From the sequence record AJ697969.1: 64,000 bases of DNA; one strand, given 5' to 3'. The stretch's first letter is position 1. Each line of letters begins with the position of its first letter. The stretch comes from Pseudomonas phage EL. This document shows, in pieces, positions 28,447 through 37,855 of this stretch. Under the pieces are notes generated by a model. The model worked only from the letters and a program-made list of their open reading frames with translations, searched no databases and was not told where the DNA came from. A program made the translations under genes and the position numbers.

Positions 28447-29130
28447 TCAGTTCAACACAAACAAAGGACCCGGAACGGAAGGGAGTTCCTCTGCGACGGT
28501 GGCTGCTTCGGCTCTATCCATAAGGGACCATATCGTTTCCAGTCCTTCCTGGATACGAGAAGTCACTTCATTGGACAAGTCAATGGTTTCTTGAGCGGTC
28601 AGAGAAAGCGTTACACCTTCCTTGGTACGAATAGAAGCGGAGAAGGGTTTCTCCTCACGCAATGCTTCTTTCGCCTGGATACTCAAGGCCGTCAAATGGA
28701 TTCGGTGGGTGGATTCGATCAAGAGGGTGTGGGCCGTCTCCCCGAATCGCACTTCCATGCCTGTGTAGAACGCCGCTGCAATCACATTCTGGATTTCATT
28801 CTTACGAATGTCCTTAGCGGATCGGAGGCGTTCTGCGACTTCCTCAGGGGTAAAATCCCGAGTGGTCCACTGCTGGGTCCAATACCCATCAATCTGTTTA
28901 GGGGGAAGTTCAACCGGTACATCCCCGGCGGGTGGCTGGGTCAATTGAACGACAGCCATCAGGAAGGGTTCTCCTTCCAAGGCACTGGCTTGTAGCTTAC
29001 TGGGAATGGGCCAGTCAGGGAACTTCTTCCGAACATCCTCAATGTAAAGAGGATATTCCCCCGTACGCGTGTCAATCAAGGCGGTGCTTTCATACACCAC
29101 AGTTACCCTATCCATACTCATTCTCCTCAT
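28447..29130 (-). CDS. Hypothetical protein in tail-fibre operon (possible fibre assembly/chaperone)
   Basis: 227-aa ORF between the two Kelch genes. Start overlaps the stop of the upstream gene. Confidence 0.45.
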   Translation of the reverse strand: MRRMSMDRVTVVYESTALIDTRTGEYPLYIEDVRKKFPDWPIPSKLQASALEGEPFLMAVVQLTQPPAGDVPVELPPKQIDGYWTQQWTTRDFTPEEVAERLRSAKDIRKNEIQNVIAAAFYTGMEVRFGETAHTLLIESTHRIHLTALSIQAKEALREEKPFSASIRTKEGVTLSLTAQETIDLSNEVTSRIQEGLETIWSLMDRAEAATVAEELPSVPGPLFVLN

Positions 29131-30632
29131 TACGTGATTTTAATCCGATACCCTTGGGAACCGCCAAAGAGGTAGAGGGCTTGGTTGTAGTTCACCCCCC
29201 ACGCACTCGTAGCAACACCCGAGCCCAAACTTCCCAATAGCACCCACTTGTTCAACCGAGGTTCAAAATACTGAATTGGTTGATCATTAACACTCCCCGC
29301 AATCGCGTAGAGTTCTCCATTGTTCCCCAGTACAAAGGCTGCACCAACTGGGATACCAGGAAGAGTCACCGTTGTCCAGGTGTTCGTAGCCGGGTTATAC
29401 TGGTACATCCCAGGGTTGTTCGCCCCCGCCACTACCCCACCAATAACACTCACCTTCCCTTGGTAAACCATTACCGTAAAGTCAGAACAATCTCCACTCT
29501 CAGCGAAGGCCTTAAGGACAGTGTGGGTATTGGCAACAGGATCGTACGCGATCAAGAAGCCTTTATTCGTGGTGGGTGTTCCTGACTGTACCCCGCAGAT
29601 GTACACCTTCCCATTGAGATAAACCGCTCCACCTGTCAGCGGAGTCAGGGGCATATTAGGTAAACGGGTAACGATGTTCGTAGTGGGATTATACCCGTAC
29701 GCATCATTCGCAGCGCCTCCTAGGAAGTAAAGAACATCCTTACCATCAGAAACCAGGATGGAGTTCTTCCGGGGGGGATTGGTAGGCCCTGTTGGACTCA
29801 GGGTTTCAAGTACCCGGGTTTCAAAGTTAACCCGACGGAACTCTTTGGTAGCGGTCTCTACCCCACCGTAGTAGTAAATATGGTTTCCATGGACACATCC
29901 CCGTCCGGTATTGAATAACAATGAACCCGGCCAGTTATCCATCGCCTCACTCTGACCTTCAATAAACGGGTACGTCCCCTTGGCATACAGAATAGGGCGC
30001 CATCCCTGGGTAGGGACTTCAGAATCACTGGCAGAGTACGTGACATTCCTAATGGTGTACCACCCCCGATACGCTTGAGTGGTACCGGGTTCATTACCCG
30101 TAATGTCTTTACCCCAGTTGGTATTCCCGTCAGTATTCCCACCACTGGCCGCTTGATTCATCCCCAGTTCTGCATCCGTGAACCGAGTGGGCCAGTTGAA
30201 TCCATTGGGATCCGATACATGGACGTTATACAACAACCGGTCCCATTCAGACGTTGCTGTATTGCCATCACTCCCCATGGTCAAGAGACCTACGGTGTAA
30301 ATAACCCCCCGGTACCGTAGCTCATAGCTCCCTGTCCGTAGACCGGCTTGGGTCAACAGAATACGCCGAACATTATTCCGGATCGGCATTTGAGGAATGT
30401 AACAGGTTTCATTGTGGTTCGAAAACTTCAACCACGGTTTGCCTTCATTGATCACTTTACCAAAGGCAATCCCAGTGAGTTTCGCTAAATCCTCGTAACC
30501 AAACAATTCCGTTGCAGGAGTAATCCCGTACCATCCTTGGGCAGGACTACCTGCTTTCAGTTTAGAAGGCCCCGGATAAGGATCGTCCGGAAAGGCATTC
30601 GCGGTCGATGTAAAGAGTAACGCTTCTATCAT
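29130..30632 (-). CDS. Kelch-repeat beta-propeller tail-fibre protein
   Basis: C-terminal about 300 aa with Kelch-like blades (HIYYYGG, VLYFLGGAAND, KVYICG, KVSVIGG, ELYAIAG, ALYLFGG). N-terminal about 200 aa unrelated. Confidence 0.6.
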   Translation of the reverse strand: MIEALLFTSTANAFPDDPYPGPSKLKAGSPAQGWYGITPATELFGYEDLAKLTGIAFGKVINEGKPWLKFSNHNETCYIPQMPIRNNVRRILLTQAGLRTGSYELRYRGVIYTVGLLTMGSDGNTATSEWDRLLYNVHVSDPNGFNWPTRFTDAELGMNQAASGGNTDGNTNWGKDITGNEPGTTQAYRGWYTIRNVTYSASDSEVPTQGWRPILYAKGTYPFIEGQSEAMDNWPGSLLFNTGRGCVHGNHIYYYGGVETATKEFRRVNFETRVLETLSPTGPTNPPRKNSILVSDGKDVLYFLGGAANDAYGYNPTTNIVTRLPNMPLTPLTGGAVYLNGKVYICGVQSGTPTTNKGFLIAYDPVANTHTVLKAFAESGDCSDFTVMVYQGKVSVIGGVVAGANNPGMYQYNPATNTWTTVTLPGIPVGAAFVLGNNGELYAIAGSVNDQPIQYFEPRLNKWVLLGSLGSGVATSAWGVNYNQALYLFGGSQGYRIKIT

Positions 30633-30696
30633 GATGACTTATACCCCAAAAAGAATACCAGGGAGACCCCGTAGAGCCCCCCTGGTAGTCATACTG

Positions 30697-33600
30697 TTAA
30701 GGAACAACAGCCCCCAACGCACCAATCCATTTGGTTCCATTCCAGGTAAAGACGTAGACCAGTTCAGATCCACTGACGGATGGGGGAGTTCCGTTATGCC
30801 ACACCAAGGGTGTTGCATCCTTACCAGCGAAGGTCACAACACCCGCTCCGCCGGTGACATTAACCGTCAGGACCATCCCACGTACCGGGGCTTTAGGTCC
30901 ATCAGCAATCACCATTTGCTTACCCCCCGCCGCGGTGTTATTGATCTGGATGTACTGATCCACCAACGGATTGATTTCCCCACTGGTCGTAAAGACCTTA
31001 ATCGGCAAATCATAGCGGTCAAAGGTGAGATCCAACTCCTTCCATTCAGGAATATCCGTACCGGCACGGAAGACCCGAACGTACTGTTTACCATCCTTGG
31101 CTTGGAGGTCTTCAATACCCTTCGGAAACTCAATAGCTTTCCATTCGGTACCGTCACCTTCTGCATTGACAGCCTGGGCGTAATACGACCCTGGAACCGC
31201 ATTCGGTACGGGACCAATAGGGAGGGGGACCCAACGGTTACCCAACCGGACAACCCGGCCTTCAGACTCCATGGGGGAATTGACATCACCCGCCACCAAA
31301 CGCCCCCACAGGACCCAACCCCGATCAACGGTCTTGTAGAACACATTGAAGGTCTCAGAGACTGCCCAGTCACCGACTCGACCACTGAAGGCATCCGAAG
31401 GTGCGTCTACACCCGGCGGCAACGTAAGCCACCGGCTGCCTTGCTCACCCTGAATACCGGGTTTCCCTTGAGGTCCGGGAGGACCGTCACCCCCGGTCTT
31501 ACCGGTTTGACCGCGCCATTCACCGGTTTCACGCCAGGCGTTAGTCGACGTACTCCAGATGGCTAGGGTGTTGGACTCCGCCAGGTAATACGCATCCCCC
31601 GCAACCCCCGCAGGAATAGCCGCTTGTAAAGCTGCCAGGTTCGCATAATCCCCTTTAATGGGTACCGTAGGACCTTCGGGGCCTTGTTCACCCCGTTCCC
31701 CGTTCTTACCCGGTTCACCCCGGAAATCAAACCCAGGACTCCACTCGCGCTCATCATTCACGAAATACGTTAAATGATTCTCCAGAACGAGGATAGCGTC
31801 ACCTTGCTTATAACCACCTGACGCAGGCAGTTCCGCCAAGGTGGGTACCACATCCACCATGTTCAACCCAGCACCGGGAGCGCCATCACTCCCTGGCATG
31901 GACACCGGACCCACGTTATCCCAACGAGTTCCGGTATTCACCCAGAGGTCTTTATTCAGGTCAACGTAGGCTTTACCTTGAGTTTCCTCGTTAATCGGAG
32001 GAGGATCGGCATCCGCAGGTGTCAGGACCTTAATGATGTCCAAGGACTTACCATTCAGGCCATCCTTACCGTCCTCACCATCCTTCCCTTTAAAGACACC
32101 CAGATTCGCCCATGCATTCGAAATGAATCCATAGATCGCGTTTTCATCACGAACAGCATAGACCCATTGATCTTCAGGATTCGCAGGAAGATCCGCTACT
32201 GTGTCAACCACACCCCGAAGAACAATGTTGGTACCGTCACGACCATGGAGGCTGGCTAGGAACTCCTCTTCACTGCCGGTGTTCCCTTTGGAAATCCAGA
32301 GTTCGTACGTGGACTGGCCATTGATACCATCTTCCCCTTTAAAGGGACCCAGGTCCAACCAGGTCGAACTCGCTGCACTCCATACGTACAACCGAAGGGT
32401 GTCTCGTGTCACATACCCATCTTGGTTAGCCGGAGGGTTGGGTAAGTTGTCCAGATCAACACGAGTCCCTACAGTCCCCAAGACATTCAGGTTCTCACCG
32501 GGTTCGCCTTTCATGGCCGCCCAGTAATCATCTTCCGTCTTACCTTGGTTCTCGGGTTTATTCAACCAGACCTGAACACTGTTCAGACCACCCGGTCCTG
32601 CATCACCCTTTTCCCCTTTAAACCCCCCCAGCTTCCGCCACGCGCTGTTCAGGTAGATGTACAGGGTATTCTCATCCTGAACCGAATAAACATCCTGTTC
32701 TACACCGGGGTTGGGGAGGTCATCTATGGTCGCTACGGTGTCTTTAACGATCAAATTACGACCGTCAACACCGTTTCTACCATCTTCTCCCTTGAATTGA
32801 CCCAGAATTACCCAGTTATTCTCAATCCACATACGGACTGTATTGTCCGCACGAACCGACCAGGCATCCTGTTCAACCGCGTTACTCGGGAGTTCACTGG
32901 CCAGGTCTACCGCCCCTTTCACCACGATACTCTTACCGTCGGTACCGTCCTTACCGTCCTTGCCCTTATACTGACCGACATCAACCCAATCCGTACGGTC
33001 TGCAATGTAGATCCACAGGTGGCCCGTATCCAACGTCACCCAGCCATGTTGATCAACCGGGTCTTTAGCATTCAGCGCATTACGGTCAGCCACCGTTCCC
33101 TGTACCTGAAGGTTAGCCCCGCGTTCACCCCGAATGGCTTCCTGCCACTCTGTAATGGTTTTGTTCTCGTTACCGGGAATCTTCTTCCAGGTTTCGAACG
33201 CATCATCTCCCTGAGCACCTTTATCTCCTCGTTGGGAAGCCAGGAATTCCTGAAGGGTCTTTTCTTCATTCCCAGGAATCTCTTTCCACAGCTCGAAGGT
33301 ACTCTTGCCGTCAGGACCTCGAATGTTCAAACTTTCCCAGACAAACTCACCCGCTGTTTTACCCGGAACCAGAACATGGATATCATTCCGCCACAGGTAG
33401 GCATCTCCGGGTTTATTCCCTTCAGGCAGTGGGAGATCGAGGTTGTCAGGCCAAACGCCCAACAGGTTAATCCCCCGTTCCCCTTGCAAGGAACCCGAAG
33501 ACGCCCATTCGTTACCGTTCCATACCCGTAGGGCAAAGTTAACGAAGTACGCGGTACCGATCGGAAGCTCTTGGGTATCAATAGCTTCCAGTTCAGCTTC

Positions 33601-33837
33601 CGAATTGAGTTTACCTTTAAGAACAACCCCTTGAGTTGAGAGGGATTCTAGACTCTCCTTCAACCACCGGGTACGCGCATCCAACACCCGAGCTTGGAAG
33701 TTAGCCGCACCCTCGCCGTTGTCTCCCCCGCGAACTCGTACGTCAGTCACCAAAGCCGGGAGGTGTTCTTCCCATCGAGACTCCTCGACAATCGCTGGTA
33801 GTTCACCCGGTGTTACTGTTTCATCGCCAATAGCCAT
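30697..33837 (-). CDS. Tail fibre protein with collagen-like Gly-X-Y tracts and internal repeats
   Basis: 1046 aa. N-terminal module ANFQARVLDARTRWLKE is shared with the upstream fibre gene. At least 5 copies of an approximately 60-aa module (...FKGEDG.NG.DG...V..LP...D.Y.V.....W..LG). GEPGKNGERGEQGPEGP and GQTGKTGGDGPPGPQGKPGIQGEQG collagen-like tracts. Confidence 0.7.
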   Translation of the reverse strand: MAIGDETVTPGELPAIVEESRWEEHLPALVTDVRVRGGDNGEGAANFQARVLDARTRWLKESLESLSTQGVVLKGKLNSEAELEAIDTQELPIGTAYFVNFALRVWNGNEWASSGSLQGERGINLLGVWPDNLDLPLPEGNKPGDAYLWRNDIHVLVPGKTAGEFVWESLNIRGPDGKSTFELWKEIPGNEEKTLQEFLASQRGDKGAQGDDAFETWKKIPGNENKTITEWQEAIRGERGANLQVQGTVADRNALNAKDPVDQHGWVTLDTGHLWIYIADRTDWVDVGQYKGKDGKDGTDGKSIVVKGAVDLASELPSNAVEQDAWSVRADNTVRMWIENNWVILGQFKGEDGRNGVDGRNLIVKDTVATIDDLPNPGVEQDVYSVQDENTLYIYLNSAWRKLGGFKGEKGDAGPGGLNSVQVWLNKPENQGKTEDDYWAAMKGEPGENLNVLGTVGTRVDLDNLPNPPANQDGYVTRDTLRLYVWSAASSTWLDLGPFKGEDGINGQSTYELWISKGNTGSEEEFLASLHGRDGTNIVLRGVVDTVADLPANPEDQWVYAVRDENAIYGFISNAWANLGVFKGKDGEDGKDGLNGKSLDIIKVLTPADADPPPINEETQGKAYVDLNKDLWVNTGTRWDNVGPVSMPGSDGAPGAGLNMVDVVPTLAELPASGGYKQGDAILVLENHLTYFVNDEREWSPGFDFRGEPGKNGERGEQGPEGPTVPIKGDYANLAALQAAIPAGVAGDAYYLAESNTLAIWSTSTNAWRETGEWRGQTGKTGGDGPPGPQGKPGIQGEQGSRWLTLPPGVDAPSDAFSGRVGDWAVSETFNVFYKTVDRGWVLWGRLVAGDVNSPMESEGRVVRLGNRWVPLPIGPVPNAVPGSYYAQAVNAEGDGTEWKAIEFPKGIEDLQAKDGKQYVRVFRAGTDIPEWKELDLTFDRYDLPIKVFTTSGEINPLVDQYIQINNTAAGGKQMVIADGPKAPVRGMVLTVNVTGGAGVVTFAGKDATPLVWHNGTPPSVSGSELVYVFTWNGTKWIGALGAVVP

Positions 33838-33854
33838 TTAAGAAATTCCTCTGA

Positions 33855-35297
33855 TTAAGGGGTAAAAACAAGATGGGTGTTCAATTGACCCACCCGCACG
33901 GTGGTCGTTTGAGCGACCCCTTTCTTCAACACAATCACGACCCGGAGTTTCAAGGTCTTAGGTGCGCTGGCCAATTCAAGGATTTGGGTATCGAAGATTC
34001 CCGAGAGATCCCCTTGACGCAGAGGGTAATTCAGTTCAGTGTTCTGACCCGAGCGCACAGTTTGGACTTGATCGTTCTGGTAGGTTACTTCCAGTTCCAA
34101 CCCTACTTGCAAGACTGCTTCCGCATCGGTTTGAATCGCCCAACGACCCTGAGCTACCAATTTCATCCCTACGGTCAGGTTTGTAATAGGGAGATCCTGT
34201 TCCATTCCCAGGGTCGGTTGATCACCGGTAGGCGTGCCCGTAAAGGACATTACCTGGTATTCACCCCCCGAAGGGTTGGTTTCCTTGGTAATAGCGACGG
34301 TCAAACCGATCAGTCGATTACCCCCAATACCGGTATTCGAGGCGATCTCAACCGTGGTAATGGTAGCACCTCCCGAATCCCCAGCACTACCATCATTACC
34401 GATCAACAAAGGGTTGGGGTTAATGCTCCCGAAGAAGTGGGCGGTCTCCGGCGGTGTCGTGCTGAACGGGATGTAACTGGTTGGCAAGGTAATGGTATTC
34501 TTGAACAGCTTGCTCACCGCAGTGGCGACATGGTTACCGATGATCTCGGCTCCTTTGGGGCTTGGGTGTACACCGTCCCCCAGCATGCCCGCCAGCGGCT
34601 TATTGACATTACCCGGCTCTACCATGTCATCCCAGGGGTTAACCACGATAACACCCCGTTTAGGCAGCTCAGAGAGCATCCACAGGTGCACTTGGTAATG
34701 AATAGCCAATTGTTCATCACTGAGCCCAATAGCGGCTTGTTCTACCGGGGTTTCAGCGATCACAATGACGGTTTTGCCATTGGCCAGCAATGTGGCGTAA
34801 ATCTCGGAGAGGTTATTGATCGTTTCATTGAACGTCTGGTTACGCAGACGGTCATTCCCCGAACCCAAATGGATAATGACATCGAACTTATCCAAGGAAG
34901 CCAGGAGTTGGGGAAGACGTTGGGCTTGTTGGGAGGTAGTATTCCCATCGACACCGGCGTTCATGGCATCCGGGAAGGCTACGGCTCCCTCGGTCTTCGC
35001 ACTGGTCCAGAAGGCCAGACCAACGTTACCTTTCACGCACTGGTAAGCCCGGCTATCACCGTATACCACGATATTGCGGTTAAACGGCAACCGGTCATTA
35101 CTTACCGCATTGACTTTGGTGGTCAGGGTATTCACTTCTTCTTTCAAATAACGGGTACGAGCGTCCAGCACACGTGCTTGCTTGTTCGCATTGCCGGTGC
35201 CTTCTTCGGTGGCTTCAACCTTGTCATCCGGCATCAGAGCCAGCAAAGGTTCAACCCATCCCGGTTGTTCATTAATCACTACGGGATTGTCAGCCAT
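33855..35297 (-). CDS. Tail fibre/tailspike protein with SGNH/GDSL hydrolase (esterase) domain
   Basis: N-terminal adaptor ANKQARVLDARTRYLKEE. SGNH blocks IVVYGDSRA (GDS), GVDGNTT, IHLGSGND and DGVHPS (DxxH). Confidence 0.7.
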   Translation of the reverse strand: MADNPVVINEQPGWVEPLLALMPDDKVEATEEGTGNANKQARVLDARTRYLKEEVNTLTTKVNAVSNDRLPFNRNIVVYGDSRAYQCVKGNVGLAFWTSAKTEGAVAFPDAMNAGVDGNTTSQQAQRLPQLLASLDKFDVIIHLGSGNDRLRNQTFNETINNLSEIYATLLANGKTVIVIAETPVEQAAIGLSDEQLAIHYQVHLWMLSELPKRGVIVVNPWDDMVEPGNVNKPLAGMLGDGVHPSPKGAEIIGNHVATAVSKLFKNTITLPTSYIPFSTTPPETAHFFGSINPNPLLIGNDGSAGDSGGATITTVEIASNTGIGGNRLIGLTVAITKETNPSGGEYQVMSFTGTPTGDQPTLGMEQDLPITNLTVGMKLVAQGRWAIQTDAEAVLQVGLELEVTYQNDQVQTVRSGQNTELNYPLRQGDLSGIFDTQILELASAPKTLKLRVVIVLKKGVAQTTTVRVGQLNTHLVFTP

Positions 35298-35312
35298 GAG
35301 AATAAGTCCTGT

Positions 35313-35906
35313 TTAATACGTGAGGGTGCCGTCGTAACGGAATTGTCCGTTAAAACGAGGAATGGCGTCGTAATGGCTTTCTACGACAGCGAGAGTACCG
35401 GTAACGGTGTTGGAATCAATGATAGCCTGAGTGAACTCCCCGTCGAGGGTAATTTCATCATCCGTCAAGTCGTAGTAGCATTTGGCTTTGATCAGGGCTT
35501 TAATGTGTTCAGGGTTACGACTCCCTTTGAACACCAATACCGCACCTTCAATGATATCTTCGTCTCGTTTGACTTGGTAAATACCTTCCACCCCCTGGGT
35601 TTGTAAAACGTCCCAATCAACCGGATCAGGGGTTTCCAGCATGGAGACCTTATTCTTCACATAATCCGCTGGGAGGTACCGTTGGTTCTTACCGGTCAGT
35701 TTACCTTCGGAATCGATGTTGACCACCCGAGCAAATTCACCACCTTCTACCTCAACTTTCCTGAGGTCAGAGAGGGTAGTATTGTCCAGGGTGAGTTGTT
35801 CTAATACACTAACAATGTTCGGTTCATCGGAATAACGTTCTTTATTAAAAGCGATGAACCGTTCCAGAAACAGTAGATCGTTTGGAAAGGCCATGGGCGT
35901 GTCCAC
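35313..35906 (-). CDS. Hypothetical protein, paralog B of 22997..23626 (first gene of tail-fibre operon)
   Basis: N-terminus FLERFIAFNKERYSDEP parallels FLDKFVEFNKDRYKDQA. Ordinary codon usage. Confidence 0.55.
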   Translation of the reverse strand: MDTPMAFPNDLLFLERFIAFNKERYSDEPNIVSVLEQLTLDNTTLSDLRKVEVEGGEFARVVNIDSEGKLTGKNQRYLPADYVKNKVSMLETPDPVDWDVLQTQGVEGIYQVKRDEDIIEGAVLVFKGSRNPEHIKALIKAKCYYDLTDDEITLDGEFTQAIIDSNTVTGTLAVVESHYDAIPRFNGQFRYDGTLTY

Positions 35907-36010
35907 AGAAGTAGATAGAGGGTTCGGTCATTAGACCATAAAATTGGTAAATAAAATAGTACCCAAACCCATATTCTTCACTTACCTGGTTATTTAACTT
36001 GAGGTTCTTT

Positions 36011-36032
36011 TCAAACCTACATAATCAGGGTG
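36011..36032 (+). promoter_or_regulatory. Conserved phage promoter-like motif, copy 5
   Basis: tcaaacCTACATAATCAGGGTG, 43 nt upstream of ATG 36075. Confidence 0.5.
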
Positions 36033-36074
36033 AAGCACAGACAGAGACCGTTTAACGGTCAAGGAGCCTTGTCA

Positions 36075-36251
36075 ATGAATACCCATCAGGCCAAACAGGG
36101 GTTAGCCCAGCGTGTTGAAACCCTGCGTCAAAAAGCTCGTCGTTATGCCCGTCAGGCGATGTGTTCCCTAGAACCGTCTTACCGGCAACATTACCGTCAA
36201 CTGAGCTACGAAGCCAGCCGTATGGCAGATCGCCTTCAACGTCAACTGTGA
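36075..36251 (+). CDS. Small basic hypothetical protein (58 aa)
   Basis: AAGGAG RBS. Arg/Gln-rich helical sequence. Confidence 0.35.
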   Translation: MNTHQAKQGLAQRVETLRQKARRYARQAMCSLEPSYRQHYRQLSYEASRMADRLQRQL

Positions 36252-36289
36252 TTGGTGTTTACCCCCCTTCCCCCACACACAGGTGTGAG

Positions 36290-36520
36290 ATGAGCAACGT
36301 TATCGATATGTTCAGCTGGCGGGACTCGAAGAATAAGCGTTCGAGTCAGTTCTCAGTGCTTCATCGTGAAATCGAAGCACTGTACGTCATTCAGAACCGC
36401 GCGCTTCAGGAGATCGCTTCAGCGGATACGGTCTTGGCGTATGAACAAGCTAAACTCTTCCTGATGGATGTCAGGATTGAAATCTACACCAAGACCATTG
36501 CGTTGAGTCAGTGTATCTAA
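36290..36520 (+). CDS. Small hypothetical protein (76 aa)
   Basis: AGGTGTGAG RBS-like sequence before ATG 36290. Confidence 0.4.
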   Translation: MSNVIDMFSWRDSKNKRSSQFSVLHREIEALYVIQNRALQEIASADTVLAYEQAKLFLMDVRIEIYTKTIALSQCI

Positions 36521-36542
36521 GGACATTTAACGTCCAGTGGTA

Positions 36543-36565
36543 ATCAAGTCTATATTACTTGGGTG
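36543..36565 (+). promoter_or_regulatory. Conserved phage promoter-like motif, copy 6
   Basis: atcaagTCTATATTACTTGGGTG, 42 nt upstream of ATG 36607. Confidence 0.5.
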
Positions 36566-36606
36566 ATTAGGTACACAACATTCATTCCTTTTTAGAGGTT
36601 TACACC

Positions 36607-37086
36607 ATGGCTAAACAGTCGAACTTCACCATCGCTAACTACAACGCCGTCCTGGAAGCTGTTAAAGCCAACAACGGTTACGTGATCGACACCCACGGTG
36701 GTAGCCGTGGACCTTATCGTGCTGCTGGTATCGCCGCACTGGTGAAGGACGAAAGGGTTACCCCGGTGCTGCTGTGCCATGGTTCCTACTTCTGCCTGAA
36801 CTCGCTGCACAAGGAAGCCGATGGTTCGGTGACCCTCTCCAGCTGGTCGGTCGGTGTTACCATCTTCACCCACCAACACGGTGGGCTGGAAGAAGCGATC
36901 CAAGCCTACAACAAGGAGCAATCCGAGTGGGCGTTGTCGGGTGGTCAACTGATGCATGTACGCATCTTCGACTACACCGACGAAACCGCACCTGTGTTCG
37001 GCGAGCCAGTTGATCTGGCAGGCGAAGTCGTGGGTGCGCTGGCAGCACAAGAGCCGATCGCCAAGGTCGACATCCCTGCTCAATAA
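36607..37086 (+). CDS. Hypothetical protein (GC3-rich, likely highly expressed)
   Basis: 159-aa ORF with strong GC3 bias, preceded by the promoter-like motif. Confidence 0.55.
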   Translation: MAKQSNFTIANYNAVLEAVKANNGYVIDTHGGSRGPYRAAGIAALVKDERVTPVLLCHGSYFCLNSLHKEADGSVTLSSWSVGVTIFTHQHGGLEEAIQAYNKEQSEWALSGGQLMHVRIFDYTDETAPVFGEPVDLAGEVVGALAAQEPIAKVDIPAQ

Positions 37087-37131
37087 CGAGCAGTTTTCTG
37101 TACGTAATCTGACTTCATTAGGAGCAATGCC

Positions 37132-37539
37132 ATGAGTAATGTAATGCACGTTAGCACCATCGCCGGTCGTACCGCCCTGACGGTGATCACACCCGACGAC
37201 CTGCCGGTTACCAACTGGATGGAAAATGTGCTTGCTGCACAGATCCAGAAAGTGGTTGACGAAGGTAAGGGTTGGCCCAACGACGCCGAGTTCAAGGTGG
37301 AGGTTACCTACCACACTTGGCCACAGGGTTGGGACCGGGAAGTGTACACGCACTTCTTTACCAACCGCGCCGAGCTGGACTCCTACATCAAGGACCAGCA
37401 CGAGTGGGCCCGTTGTGAGGACAACATGGTGAAGATCAAGATCTACAACTGGGACCTCGGTCCGAACTTCATGGAAACTCGTGAGTTCGGTGGTCCTGAG
37501 TTGTGGAACAGCCCTCTGAGCCGTCCTTACTTGACGTAA
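37132..37539 (+). CDS. Hypothetical protein (GC3-rich)
   Basis: 135-aa ORF with AGGAG RBS, followed by a terminator. Confidence 0.55.
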   Translation: MSNVMHVSTIAGRTALTVITPDDLPVTNWMENVLAAQIQKVVDEGKGWPNDAEFKVEVTYHTWPQGWDREVYTHFFTNRAELDSYIKDQHEWARCEDNMVKIKIYNWDLGPNFMETREFGGPELWNSPLSRPYLT

Positions 37540-37547
37540 GGCTAGCG

Positions 37548-37593
37548 CTACCTCCCTGCCAGTGGCAGGGAGGTAGTACTCCTTTTATTTTTT
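37548..37593 (+). terminator. Rho-independent terminator
   Basis: CTACCTCCCTGCC-agt-GGCAGGGAGGTAG then TACTCCTTTTATTTTTT. Confidence 0.75.
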
Positions 37594-37832
37594 GCTTCAT
37601 TTCCATTTTTATAGTTCACTCAACACAACGAGCAAAGTAATGCCTGACACTAACAACGGTCCTGTGGAAATAAAGATGGAACGTGTGCAGTTCAAAAGAA
37701 TAAAAGTAAGGGGTCTTCGTAAATTCTGGTTACTCATCAAACGCTTACTGAGTAAGGACACCGATTATAAGAACACTTGACGAACGCATGGCTAAGTCAA
37801 TGGAACTAAGGGTAATTAACTTCTAGTTGTAA

Positions 37833-37855
37833 TCAGGTCTATATTACCTTTGTGT
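37833..37855 (+). promoter_or_regulatory. Conserved phage promoter-like motif, copy 7
   Basis: atcaggTCTATATTACCTTTGTG, 52 nt upstream of ATG 37907. Confidence 0.5.

Noticed and set aside
30631-33531. Plus-strand ORFs 30631..31566 and 32545..33531 antisense to the collagen-like fibre
   Set aside because: The minus-strand frame encodes coherent Gly-X-Y repeats and modules. The antisense frames are Pro/Arg-rich junk.
33873-35606. 577-aa plus-strand ORF antisense to the SGNH tail-fibre gene
   Set aside because: It spans two minus-strand genes with recognisable domains (SGNH blocks, shared adaptor), and the plus-strand product has no motifs and odd composition.
36592-37401. 269-aa minus-strand ORF spanning two plus-strand GC3-rich genes and their intergenic region
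   Set aside because: It crosses a clear RBS/start of 37132 and a promoter-motif-driven gene, and it is a GC3 artefact.
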